NCBI GenBank assembly: GCA_905181725.1
Contig: CAJIYX010000016.1
Coordinates: 1,738 to 65,737 of the forward strand
Length of the DNA: 64,000 nt
Source: Alphaproteobacteria bacterium UBA830
GTDB lineage: Bacteria; Pseudomonadota; Alphaproteobacteria; MPNO01; UBA830
Reading direction: 5' to 3'
The translations under genes and the position numbers were made by a program. This document shows positions 27,563-36,527 of the stretch, one piece after another; within the stretch, counting starts at the first letter, position 1; each line of letters starts with the position of its first letter. The notes beneath the pieces are model-generated. The model worked only from the letters and a program-made list of their open reading frames with translations, was not told the DNA's origin and searched no databases.

Positions 27563-28621
27563 TTACGTTTTCAAAAATTTCGGAATGACCTCGCGGCCGA
27601 ACAATTCCATCGATGCACGTGCCATCTCGACCGGCATCATTTTTGTATTCACCTGCAGCGACGCAACATCAAAACCACCAATCTGCGTATGGAAATCCGA
27701 GATCATGTCACAGCACTCTTCGGGGCTGCCAATGAAGGCTGCACTTTTCTCACGCTGGGTGTGCACGTCCTCTTTCGACAGAACCTCGATCATCTTTTCA
27801 TAGCCGGGATAATCTTTTGAGCTTGCCCCGCTGCCCCAATCCGACGCGGCATCGGTCAGGGTCTCGAAATATGCCTTCACATCCGGGCCAGCCTCATCGA
27901 TTGCCCGTTCGGTCGTCGGCGCGCAATACATCATGAAGGCGAGCGCGACCTTGCCCCTGCCCGGATGGCCCGCTTTCGCCCATTCTTCGTGATAGATGCC
28001 GAGCAATTCGTGCAGCTTGGCGCCACCGATGGGGTTCGCCATGCAGTTGAACCCGTTGCGCCCCGCGAACTCGAAGCTCTCGACGCTCTGCAGCGCGGCA
28101 ACCCAGATCGGCGGATGCGGCTGCTGCGTCGGGCGCGGCAGCGAGGTTACATCTTTGAAGCTGTGGAACTTCCCTTCCATTGAGATGTTTTCGCTCGATA
28201 GCAATGCGCAGATCTGTGCGACACCTTCATCATACCGATCCCGGCTTTCGTCCAGGCTGACGCCAAACCGCCTGAACTCATGGGGCAGAAAGGCGCGCGC
28301 CATACCGATATCGGCGCGGCCGCCGGAAATCGCATCCAGCATCGCGATCTCGCCCGCGAGTTTGAGCGGATTGTTGAACGCGGGCAGTACGGCACCAGTC
28401 ACCAGGCGCGCGTGCTTCGTGCGCTGCGACGCGGCCGACAGAAACACAATCGGGTTCGGGCTGTAACCGCCGTAAGCGTGAAAGTAATGCTCGACCGTGC
28501 GGACATGGGTGTAGCCCAGCGAGTCGCACAGATCGACAAGGCTCAGCGCTTCGTTCCAGTAATCCCATCCCGATTTTTCGGCTTCGCCCACATTGGGGAA
28601 AAAACTGATTCCGAATTCCAT
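27563..28621 (-). CDS. LLM flavin-dependent monooxygenase, paralog 2
   Basis: MEFGISFFP, VEHYFHAYGGYSPNP, NNPLKLAGEIAMLDAISGGR, LPRPTQQPHPPIWVAA; ends 7 bp before the diiron gene. Confidence 0.92.
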   Translation of the reverse strand: MEFGISFFPNVGEAEKSGWDYWNEALSLVDLCDSLGYTHVRTVEHYFHAYGGYSPNPIVFLSAASQRTKHARLVTGAVLPAFNNPLKLAGEIAMLDAISGGRADIGMARAFLPHEFRRFGVSLDESRDRYDEGVAQICALLSSENISMEGKFHSFKDVTSLPRPTQQPHPPIWVAALQSVESFEFAGRNGFNCMANPIGGAKLHELLGIYHEEWAKAGHPGRGKVALAFMMYCAPTTERAIDEAGPDVKAYFETLTDAASDWGSGASSKDYPGYEKMIEVLSKEDVHTQREKSAAFIGSPEECCDMISDFHTQIGGFDVASLQVNTKMMPVEMARASMELFGREVIPKFLKT

Positions 28622-28678
28622 CGCGCCCGCCCCGTTTATTGATTTTGAAGGTTGAATATTAGGGATCAAATGGGCGTT

Positions 28679-28701
28679 TGTCGCCCCGGTGTCGCCCCGG
28701 T
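28679..28701. repeat. 11-bp tandem duplication in the LLM2/MarR intergenic region
   Basis: (TGTCGCCCCGG)2T. Confidence 0.7.
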
Positions 28702-28800
28702 ACGGATCGCCGACTCACGACGGCTATGGTCTTCCTATCCGGTGGTGTAGAACGGTGAGGCGTTCTGCGGAAAGCAGATGATGGCAGCGGAAAGACCACG

Positions 28801-29298
28801 ATGGCCCATGACGGCGACCAGCCGGGAGACATTCCCTATACCGATTTATGGGCACGGCCTGGATTCCTGATCCGCCGGCTGCACCAGCTTCATGTCGCTG
28901 TGTTTCTGGAAGAATGCGGTGATTTCGACGTCACGCCGGTTCAGTATGCCGTGCTCAGCGTACTCTATCGCGGCCAGGCGCTCGACCAGGTATCTGTCGC
29001 CGCCGAAGTCGGGATCGACCGCAATAATGCCGCCGATGTGCTGCGCCGGCTCGAACGCCGCGGCTTCGTCGAACGCATCCCGAGCGAGACCGACCGGCGC
29101 GCCATGCTGAATGCCATTAGCGAGGCGGGGTGCCGGTTCGTGGAAGACGCTCACGGCGCCATGGAACGCGCTCAGGACCGCTTCACCGGCAGCCTCAGCA
29201 AGCGCGACCGAGAGCGGCTGACCAACCTGCTGCAGAGGGTCATGCTCGACAATAACGATTCCGGCCGGGCGCGGCTGAAGACCCGGGACGAGGAGTAA
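28801..29298 (+). CDS. MarR family regulator (PcaV/MobR-like), paralog 1
   Basis: LWARPGFLIRRLHQ...TPVQYAVL...LDQVSVAAEVGIDR...LERRG...DRR; divergent from the LLM2-HDO-FAH genes. Confidence 0.92.
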   Translation: MAHDGDQPGDIPYTDLWARPGFLIRRLHQLHVAVFLEECGDFDVTPVQYAVLSVLYRGQALDQVSVAAEVGIDRNNAADVLRRLERRGFVERIPSETDRRAMLNAISEAGCRFVEDAHGAMERAQDRFTGSLSKRDRERLTNLLQRVMLDNNDSGRARLKTRDEE

Positions 29299-29350
29299 AA
29301 AAGAGCGGACCAACCGGCCCGCCCCTTTCACATCTCAATCGACAGGAAAC

Positions 29351-30688
29351 CTACTCAGCAGCGATTTTCGGCGCGTCAGCTTCGATCGTTTCCACGTTGT
29401 TGCGCTTGGTCGCGAACTTGGCGTCGGCGGGTTCGTAGATATCGTCCTTGATCTTGAAATGCCCGTCGGCGTAATCGGCATCGCTCGTCGGCACCATCTT
29501 GATGGAATCGAACGGGCAGATATCCATGCACAGCTCGCAGCCGATGCACTTGTCGTTATGCACGTTGATCTTGCCGGCTGGATCCTGCGACAGCGCTTCG
29601 TAGAAGCACATCTGAACGCAGACATTGCAGGTCGGGTTCTGACAGGTCTCGGCATTCACCTCGGCGGTCTCGCGGCTTTTGGCGAACTGGTCGGAATAGT
29701 CGGTCGCTGCCGCATCCGAGGCGATGCCGCGCATCGATGCGATGTCCTTGTACTCATGCTCGTCCATGAAACGCTCAAGCCCGCGGATGATGTTGGGCAG
29801 CCATTTCATGCCCTTGACCATCAGCACCGAGCCGACTTCGACGATGTCGGCACCGGTCATGATGAACTCGACGACATCGCGGTGATCGAACACGCCGTTG
29901 GAGCCGGCGATCGGAATGCCGACCTCTTTGTAGATGTTATGGACATAGCGCAGGCTGAGCGGCTTGGTCCACGTGCCACCGATACCGGCAGTGCCACCGA
30001 GACGCGGCTCCGCGGTGTCGATATCGACCGCAAAACCGGTATAGCGGTTAGTCGCGGTGACCGCCGCAGCGCCGGCTTCTTTGACCGCGCGCGCAACGTC
30101 AACCGGCCGCGACTGATCGGGTGTCAGTTTGATGACGACGGGAATATCGACCGCTTCGCAGACAGCCCGGGTGACGTCCGCGGCAACTTCCGGATTCTGG
30201 CCGATCATCGAGCCGCCATGCACGCCGGGCATCAGCGCCGGATGCGGGCAGCCGAAATTGAGTTCGACCATCGGCAGGCCGCAATCCTCGATCGTGCGGC
30301 AGATATCGATCCAGCCCTGGACGTCCTTCGCACCGGCGCTGCCGATCAGATGGGCATCGCGTTCGCGCGCATAGGCGCCGACTTCCTTCAGGTAGGGGAT
30401 CCAGTCCTTGTAATAGGTGCTGGAATAGCCGGACCGGCTGTAGAATTTAAAGTCGCGCGGCACCTTGCCCTTAATGATGTCGCCGCGATCGTTCATGATC
30501 GCGTATTTCGAATTCATGGTAAGGACGGCCATGTCGTCGATATCGGTCAGCGTCTTGATGATCGCGCCCGATGCGCCGTAATCGAATGCCTGTTTCATCA
30601 GGTCCGGGCTGTTCGTCGTTTCCAGCGATGCGATGACCACCGGGTTTTTGAACGGAACGCCGCAGAAGTCCAATTTCATATCGGCCAT
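29351..30688 (-). CDS. PreA-like dihydropyrimidine/dihydroorotate dehydrogenase (FMN) with a C-terminal 2x[4Fe-4S] domain
   Basis: GVPFKNPVVIAS, ELNFGCPH, VVIKLTPD, ATN, GIGG...KPLSL, GSNG, VEVGS, CxxxCxxCxxxC and CIGCELCMDICP. Confidence 0.88.
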   Translation of the reverse strand: MADMKLDFCGVPFKNPVVIASLETTNSPDLMKQAFDYGASGAIIKTLTDIDDMAVLTMNSKYAIMNDRGDIIKGKVPRDFKFYSRSGYSSTYYKDWIPYLKEVGAYARERDAHLIGSAGAKDVQGWIDICRTIEDCGLPMVELNFGCPHPALMPGVHGGSMIGQNPEVAADVTRAVCEAVDIPVVIKLTPDQSRPVDVARAVKEAGAAAVTATNRYTGFAVDIDTAEPRLGGTAGIGGTWTKPLSLRYVHNIYKEVGIPIAGSNGVFDHRDVVEFIMTGADIVEVGSVLMVKGMKWLPNIIRGLERFMDEHEYKDIASMRGIASDAAATDYSDQFAKSRETAEVNAETCQNPTCNVCVQMCFYEALSQDPAGKINVHNDKCIGCELCMDICPFDSIKMVPTSDADYADGHFKIKDDIYEPADAKFATKRNNVETIEADAPKIAAE

Positions 30689-30797
30689 GTCTTACTTCTC
30701 CTCGTTATCTGGTTATCGGCACCGCAATGACGGCGAACTCGCTTCCGATAGACCTGTATTCTGCCGTCAAAATGCGGCAATTTCCAGTTAAAATGTG

Positions 30798-30807
30798 CAG
30801 TATACTA
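30798..30807. promoter_or_regulatory. Putative MarR operator upstream of the preA-like gene
   Basis: CAGTATACTA in the AT-rich spacer between hydantoinase B and preA. Confidence 0.5.
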
Positions 30808-30833
30808 CGTATTAAATCCTCTCTTCCCGCCCT

Positions 30834-32591
30834 CTATTCGGCGGCCATCATGGTGCCGCGCAGCGTTGCCGTCGCATCCGCATCGACGCTTTTGCCGCCC
30901 TTCGCCGCAACGACTCCATACACATCATGCATGGTGGCTTCGGAGATAATCTCGTCGCGCCAGTCGCGCAGGACATGCTCAGGGGCACGCTCCAGCGCCG
31001 GGCCGTATCCGCCGCCGCCGGGCGACTGGGTCACGAAACGCACGTTGTCGGTCCGCCGCAGCCCGTATTTGGGCGCATCCTCGGTCTCGCCGTTGCCATG
31101 ACGCAGATGCATGTTCCCGCAGGCGCCATCGCCGCCGCCGTTGATGCCGTAACCGGTTTCGTAGTTGAGCCCTTCGCCGCGGAACGAATGGACCGCGGGC
31201 GTGAGGATATCGACCTCGTAATCGCAGCCGCTGCCGCCCCGGTATTTTCCCGCACCCGCCGCATCGATGCGGAATTCCTGGCGGTGGAACATCACCGGGT
31301 AAAGCTGCTCATAGACTTCGACATTGGGCATCGTCAGCCCGCCGAGCGTGCAGACATGGCCGATCTGGTTGAAGCCGTCGCGCCCGTCGACCGCGCCGGA
31401 ACCGGCGGCAGCCGCACCATGATAGAACACGTACGGGTGGCCGCTTTCTTCCTTGCCGACGGAAATGCCGAAGACGTTCTTGGCCCAGCCCGCACAGCCG
31501 CGGTCGGGGTCGGCCTGCGCCAGCGCCTTCCACACGGCATGAATGATCTCATGCGCGAAGAACACGGTACACATCGTGGTCGCCGCACCTTCATGGGCAT
31601 TGATGATCGTGCCTTCCGGCGCGATCACATCGACGCAGCGGAAAGCGCCTTCGTTATGCGGCAGATGCGGATCGAGGAACGACGCAAGTGCTGTAAAGAT
31701 CGCCGAATACGTATTGCCGAGGGACGAGTTCTTGAACCCGAGAATCTGCTCATCGGTGCCGGTGAAATCGACCGTCATCTGATCGCCGGCGATGGTCAGC
31801 TTAACCCGGACTGTCACATCGCGGATCTCGAAACAGTCATTGTCGGAGCGGTCTTCCGCCTCGTAAACCCCGTCAGGCAGTTTCGCGATCTCGGCACGGA
31901 CCGAGCGGTCAGCATGGTTGAGCACGCCGGTGAAATAGCCCATCGCCTCATTGATGCCGAGCTCTTCGACCAGGGCCGCAACGCGTTCCATCCCGATCCG
32001 GGTGGAGCCGAGCATGGCGCGCAGATCGCCATCCAGCAGATGCGGCGTGCGGGTGTTGAGCATCAGCAGTTTCCACAGGTCGTCGCGGGTCTTGCCGCCC
32101 TCGACCAGTTTGAGAACCGGCAGGCGCACGCCTTCGGACCAGGCATCGGTCGCAACCGGGTTGTAGGCCCCGGCGGCACCGCCACCGATATCGGATTGAT
32201 GGGCGCGGTTGCAGGTCAGACCGACCATCTGGCCGTCGACAAAAACCGGGCGCGCAATGACCCAGTCGGGCAGATGGTTGCCGCCGGCTTCCCACGGGTC
32301 GTTCAACAGATAGACATCGCCCTCGGCCAGCTCATCGCCGAAATCGCGCAGGATGGCGCGGACGCCGAACCCGCCGCTGCCGGTATGGATCGGGATGCCG
32401 TCGGCCTGGCTGACGACCTCGCCGGTCGGGCCTGCGATGAAGCAGGAAAAGTCATGCGCCTGGCTGAAGATCGGACTACGCGCCGTGCGCACCATCACCC
32501 AGCCCATCTGGTGGGAGATATGATCGAGGCGGTTCTGCGTCAACGCGAGGATGACGGGATCGAGCGTGCCTGTGTCTGCTTGCTGAGCCAT
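30834..32591 (-). CDS. Hydantoinase B/5-oxoprolinase family subunit
   Basis: RTARSPIFSQAHDFSC, NDPWEAGGNHLPD, AHQSDIGGG, EGVRLP, PHNEG, VEVYEQLYP, GAGKYRGG, PGGGGYG. Confidence 0.93.
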   Translation of the reverse strand: MAQQADTGTLDPVILALTQNRLDHISHQMGWVMVRTARSPIFSQAHDFSCFIAGPTGEVVSQADGIPIHTGSGGFGVRAILRDFGDELAEGDVYLLNDPWEAGGNHLPDWVIARPVFVDGQMVGLTCNRAHQSDIGGGAAGAYNPVATDAWSEGVRLPVLKLVEGGKTRDDLWKLLMLNTRTPHLLDGDLRAMLGSTRIGMERVAALVEELGINEAMGYFTGVLNHADRSVRAEIAKLPDGVYEAEDRSDNDCFEIRDVTVRVKLTIAGDQMTVDFTGTDEQILGFKNSSLGNTYSAIFTALASFLDPHLPHNEGAFRCVDVIAPEGTIINAHEGAATTMCTVFFAHEIIHAVWKALAQADPDRGCAGWAKNVFGISVGKEESGHPYVFYHGAAAAGSGAVDGRDGFNQIGHVCTLGGLTMPNVEVYEQLYPVMFHRQEFRIDAAGAGKYRGGSGCDYEVDILTPAVHSFRGEGLNYETGYGINGGGDGACGNMHLRHGNGETEDAPKYGLRRTDNVRFVTQSPGGGGYGPALERAPEHVLRDWRDEIISEATMHDVYGVVAAKGGKSVDADATATLRGTMMAAE

Positions 32592-32595
32592 CTGA

Positions 32596-34671
32596 TCAGT
32601 CCTTCGTCTCGAAGTTGATAGTGTAATTGTTCAACGCGTCGATCGACACCAGGTCGCCCGGCCCGACCAGGATGGTGGTCGTCGCCTCCTCGATAATGGC
32701 GGGACCGGCGAAGGTCTGACCGTGATGCAGATCGGCACCGCGATAAATCGGCGTGTCGAGGAATTCGCCGACCGATTCCGCATAGACCGGGCGGGAATCG
32801 ATGGGCTCGACCGGTTTGTCGACCGGATCGTAGGTCGGGTACTGCAACGGCGGCAGCTTGCCGATACCGACAACCCGCAGCTTGGCGACGTTGATCCGGC
32901 TTTCGGGATTGGTGTGGCCGAACTGGCGGTCGTATTCGCGCTCGAACGCGGCACGGATTTCAGCCGGCGTCGCATCCGGGGCGAGCGAGACGCGCACGTC
33001 CCATTGCTGACCTTCGTAATGCAGGTCGAGCTCGTAACCGAATGTCGTGTCGTCCTTTGTGAAACCTTCTTCGCCGAGCGCATCCAGCGCCTGCACCTCA
33101 AGCTGGGCGTAGCCGTCCGCAATAGCGGACGCGACGTCATCGCCAAGCTCGCGCATCACGACATGCACGAAATCGCGCCGCACATCGGCGTGCTGCATGC
33201 CGATGGCGCAGAATGCACCGGCCTGACGCGGAATATAGACTGCGCGCGCGCCGAGCTTGCGCCCGACACTCGTGCCATGCATCGGCCCGGCGCCACCGCA
33301 GGCGATCAGCATGAACCGGCCGGGGTTGTAGCCGCGCTGGATACTGATGCGCTCGACCGCGTGCAGCAGATTCTGTTCAACAATCCGGATCAGCCCGGCT
33401 GCCGCTTCGGTCCGCGAAATGCCGAGCGGGTTGGCAATCTCGGTATCGATGGCTTTCTCGGCCGCTGCCAGATCAAGCGAGACCGAGCCGCCTGCATACG
33501 GCCCGGGCCGCATCCGCCCCAGCACCAGATGCGCGTCCGTCACGGTCGGGCGTGTCCCGCCATGACCGTAGGCCGCGGGACCCGGGCGCGCGCCGGCACC
33601 TTCGGGCCCAGCATACATCAGACCGGCCGCGTCGATGCCCGCAATCGTGCCGCCGCCCGCGCCGACGGTGTGAATATCGACCGACGGCGTGACCAGATCA
33701 TAATCGTTGACTGACAGCGCATCGGTGATCGCGACGCGCCCTTCATGCATCAGCATCACGTCGCAACTGGTGCCGCCGATTTCCATACTGACCAGATTGT
33801 CTTCGCCAATCCCGGCGGCGAGGTGCTGCATTGCGCCGACACCGGCGGACGGACCCGACAGCAGCAGGTTTACCGGCTGGCGGATCAACTGGTCGAGAGA
33901 GGCCGCCCCGCCATTGCTCTGCAGCATCAGCAGCTTGGTCTTCAGCCCCATGTCGATTAGCTTCTGCTGCAGCGCCGTGAGGTACGATGCTACACGCGGC
34001 ATCACATAGGCGTTCACCGCCGTGGTCGATGTGCGTTCATATTCGCCCATAACCGGCACGATGTCGGACGACACCGAAATCCATTCGCAGATATTTTCTT
34101 CGCGCAGAACCTCGGCGACCGCGTCTTCATGGGCCGTATTGACGAAGCTGTTGAGCAGGCTGACGGCGATGGATTCGACGTCGTTCTCGGCAAAGATTTT
34201 ACAGGCGGCGCGAACGTCATCGAGATTGAGCGCTTCGACTTCAGACCCGTCGGCCGCAATACGCCCGGCAACGGGCAGACGCAGATAGCGCGGCACCAGC
34301 ACCGGCGGATAGGGCGTGCGGTGATCCCAGGGATCCTTGCGCAGGCCGCGGCGCGCTTCGAGGCTGTCGCGAAAGCCCTTTGTGGTCAGCAGACCGACCC
34401 GCGCGCCCTTGCCTTCAAGCAGGGTGTTGGTCGCGACCGTGGAGCCATGCAGGAAAAACTGACAATCGCCGAGAAATTTTTCCATGGTCTGGTCGAGCGC
34501 GGCACAGGCGGTGTTCAGCGCCGAGATCACGCCTTCGCCGGGATCAGCGGGCACCGACGGCACCTTAAAAACATCGGTACGGCCGTTGCTATCGGCGATG
34601 ACAAGATCGGTAAACGTGCCGCCGACATCGACGCCGACGCGCCAGGGCGGTGACTGAATGGTTGTGGTCAT
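32596..34671 (-). CDS. Hydantoinase A/5-oxoprolinase family subunit (ATP-binding)
   Basis: GVDVGGTFTD, HGSTVATNTLLE, EYERTSTT, SGPSAG, IGGTSCDV, GAGGG, AGARPGPAAYG, TVTDA, GGAGPMH, GPAIIEE. Confidence 0.94.
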   Translation of the reverse strand: MTTTIQSPPWRVGVDVGGTFTDLVIADSNGRTDVFKVPSVPADPGEGVISALNTACAALDQTMEKFLGDCQFFLHGSTVATNTLLEGKGARVGLLTTKGFRDSLEARRGLRKDPWDHRTPYPPVLVPRYLRLPVAGRIAADGSEVEALNLDDVRAACKIFAENDVESIAVSLLNSFVNTAHEDAVAEVLREENICEWISVSSDIVPVMGEYERTSTTAVNAYVMPRVASYLTALQQKLIDMGLKTKLLMLQSNGGAASLDQLIRQPVNLLLSGPSAGVGAMQHLAAGIGEDNLVSMEIGGTSCDVMLMHEGRVAITDALSVNDYDLVTPSVDIHTVGAGGGTIAGIDAAGLMYAGPEGAGARPGPAAYGHGGTRPTVTDAHLVLGRMRPGPYAGGSVSLDLAAAEKAIDTEIANPLGISRTEAAAGLIRIVEQNLLHAVERISIQRGYNPGRFMLIACGGAGPMHGTSVGRKLGARAVYIPRQAGAFCAIGMQHADVRRDFVHVVMRELGDDVASAIADGYAQLEVQALDALGEEGFTKDDTTFGYELDLHYEGQQWDVRVSLAPDATPAEIRAAFEREYDRQFGHTNPESRINVAKLRVVGIGKLPPLQYPTYDPVDKPVEPIDSRPVYAESVGEFLDTPIYRGADLHHGQTFAGPAIIEEATTTILVGPGDLVSIDALNNYTINFETKD

Positions 34672-34703
34672 CTGATTGCCGATCCCGTTCGTGGGTGATA
34701 ATT

Positions 34704-34719
34704 AGGGAGTATACTCCCT
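34704..34719. promoter_or_regulatory. 16-bp perfect palindrome upstream of hydantoinase A (putative MarR operator)
   Basis: AGGGAGTATACTCCCT, 33-48 bp upstream of the ATG at 34671. Confidence 0.65.
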
Positions 34720-34735
34720 TTATTCCGTACGCCCG

Positions 34736-35920
34736 TCAATCGTCAAATGGCAACCCGACATAATTCTCGGCAAGGGCCCGCGCGCCGGCCTCGGTGCTGG
34801 TCACGAAATCAAGCTCGGCGAGCTGGGTGCGGCGCTCGAACGGGCTGGATTCCGGAAAACGGTGCATCAGGGTTGTCAGCCACCACGAGAACCGCTGCGC
34901 CTTCCAGACCCGGCGCAGGCAGGTTTCGGAATAGCGCTCCAGCCGACTGTCATCGCCCTTCTTGTAATGATCCATCAGCGCACGCCACAGGTAGCGCACG
35001 TCGCCGACGGCAAGGTTCATCCCTTTCGCACCGGTTGGCGGCACGATATGGGCGGCGTCGCCGACCAGGAACATGTTGCCGAACCGCATGGGCTCGGCGA
35101 CGAAGCTGCGCATCGGCGTGATGCCTTTTTCCAGCAACGGTGCGGGCACCAGGTTTTTCGCGCCTTCATCATCCAGCCGGTAGGCCAGCTCGTCCCAGAT
35201 ACGGTTATCCGACCATTCGTTGATGTCTTCATCCGGTGCGCACTGGAGATAGAACCTGCTCAATGTCATTGACCGCATGCTGTACAACGCGAATCCGTGA
35301 TCGGTATTGGCATAGACCAGCTCGTCCGAGACCGGCGGCGTTTCGACAAGGATGCCGAGCCACGCAAACGGATAGACGCGTTCGAACAGGTTGATACGAT
35401 CATCGGGAATGCTGCTGCGGGACACGCCGTGAAAACCGTCGCACCCGGCGAGAAAATCGCATTGAATTTCATGCGCCTCGCCGTCTCTGCTGTAGCGGAT
35501 CGACGGCTGGTCGGTATCGAAATCGTTTACCGTGACGTCCTCGGCCTCGTACACAATCTGCGCGCCGGCGGCATGAAGCGCGTTGTTCAGGTCCTTTGTC
35601 ACCTCGGTCTGGCCATAGACCATGACGGTCTTGCCGCCGGTCAGTTTCAGAAAATCAATTGCATGGCGCTCACCGTTGAAACACAGCTCGACCCCGCCAT
35701 GGAGCAGCCCTTCTTCATGCATCCGCTCACCGACCTGGGCCTCATCCAGCAGGTCCATGGTGCCCTGTTCGAGCACACCGGCGCGGATACGCCCTTCGAC
35801 GTATGCCCGGCTCTGGCGCTCGACGACGATGCTATCAATCCCCTGTAGTGCCAGCAGGCGTGACAGCAGCAGCCCGGACGGCCCGGCGCCGACGATACCG
35901 ATCTGTGTTTTGTGGATCAT
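34736..35920 (-). CDS. pobA: 4-hydroxybenzoate 3-monooxygenase
   Basis: TQIGIVGAGPSGLLL, RIRAGVLEQG, VYGQTEV, CDGFHG, YPFAWLG, GDAAHIVPPTGAKGMNLA, AENYVGLP. Confidence 0.95.
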   Translation of the reverse strand: MIHKTQIGIVGAGPSGLLLSRLLALQGIDSIVVERQSRAYVEGRIRAGVLEQGTMDLLDEAQVGERMHEEGLLHGGVELCFNGERHAIDFLKLTGGKTVMVYGQTEVTKDLNNALHAAGAQIVYEAEDVTVNDFDTDQPSIRYSRDGEAHEIQCDFLAGCDGFHGVSRSSIPDDRINLFERVYPFAWLGILVETPPVSDELVYANTDHGFALYSMRSMTLSRFYLQCAPDEDINEWSDNRIWDELAYRLDDEGAKNLVPAPLLEKGITPMRSFVAEPMRFGNMFLVGDAAHIVPPTGAKGMNLAVGDVRYLWRALMDHYKKGDDSRLERYSETCLRRVWKAQRFSWWLTTLMHRFPESSPFERRTQLAELDFVTSTEAGARALAENYVGLPFDD

Positions 35921-36356
35921 GATGTGTGTCCCGTTCGGTTTCGGAAATCATACTGCGGCGTTTTATCCTGCCCGGCAATTGCGCAACCGGTCGCAGGCGC
36001 CCGCGGACGGTTTCGCATGCGCTTTCTCCTAAAGCAGGATTTTTTCCTAAAACAGGGGCTTTTCCCTGGAAAACGCCCCGCGGCGAAAAACGTGCAAAAC
36101 AACCCCATACATCCGAAGGGTCGGGACCGGGTTGACCGGTGAAATCCACGATCGCACGTCCCCTGCCCCCTGCCACCTGACCCCAATGGCGGGATTCAGG
36201 CCTACAGGACAAACACCTCCCTTGCCGATGAGGCGGTTTTGTGCAGTTTCAATGATCCGACAGGGTATCATGCATAAGAACAAAACAGAAACACGTGCCG
36301 CCGTTTTTATTCTTCCCGGAGCAGCATTGCTTTTCCGCCGTTAACCGCACCAAAAC

Positions 36357-36451
36357 CGTCGGAATTTCTTACAACTACAGCCTTAACCAACCACTCCGCC
36401 TCGCCAAGCTGTTGAAATACAATACAAGTCAAAAAAGGCACGATTCTTGCA
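36357..36451 (+). promoter_or_regulatory. Sigma54 promoter with a putative enhancer and IHF site, upstream of the large PEP-CTERM gene
   Basis: -24/-12 AGGCACGATTCTTGCA (36436-36451; GG-N10-GC); IHF-like TTTCAACAGCTTG on the minus strand (36405-36417); dyad-like CGTCGG-AATTT-CTTACA (36357-36373). Confidence 0.7.
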
Positions 36452-36527
36452 AGACCTTTCAAACGGCGGTCATCCGGTCAGAAAACCGGAGACCGGGGTT
36501 TGGCAAAAGACACTCAGGGACAGGCAC

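Noticed and set aside
35921-36356. Possible ncRNA or small ORFs in the long pobA/PEP-CTERM intergenic region
   Set aside because: No recognisable riboswitch or sRNA motif, and the 60-130 aa ORFs there have no RBS, motifs or coding-like composition.
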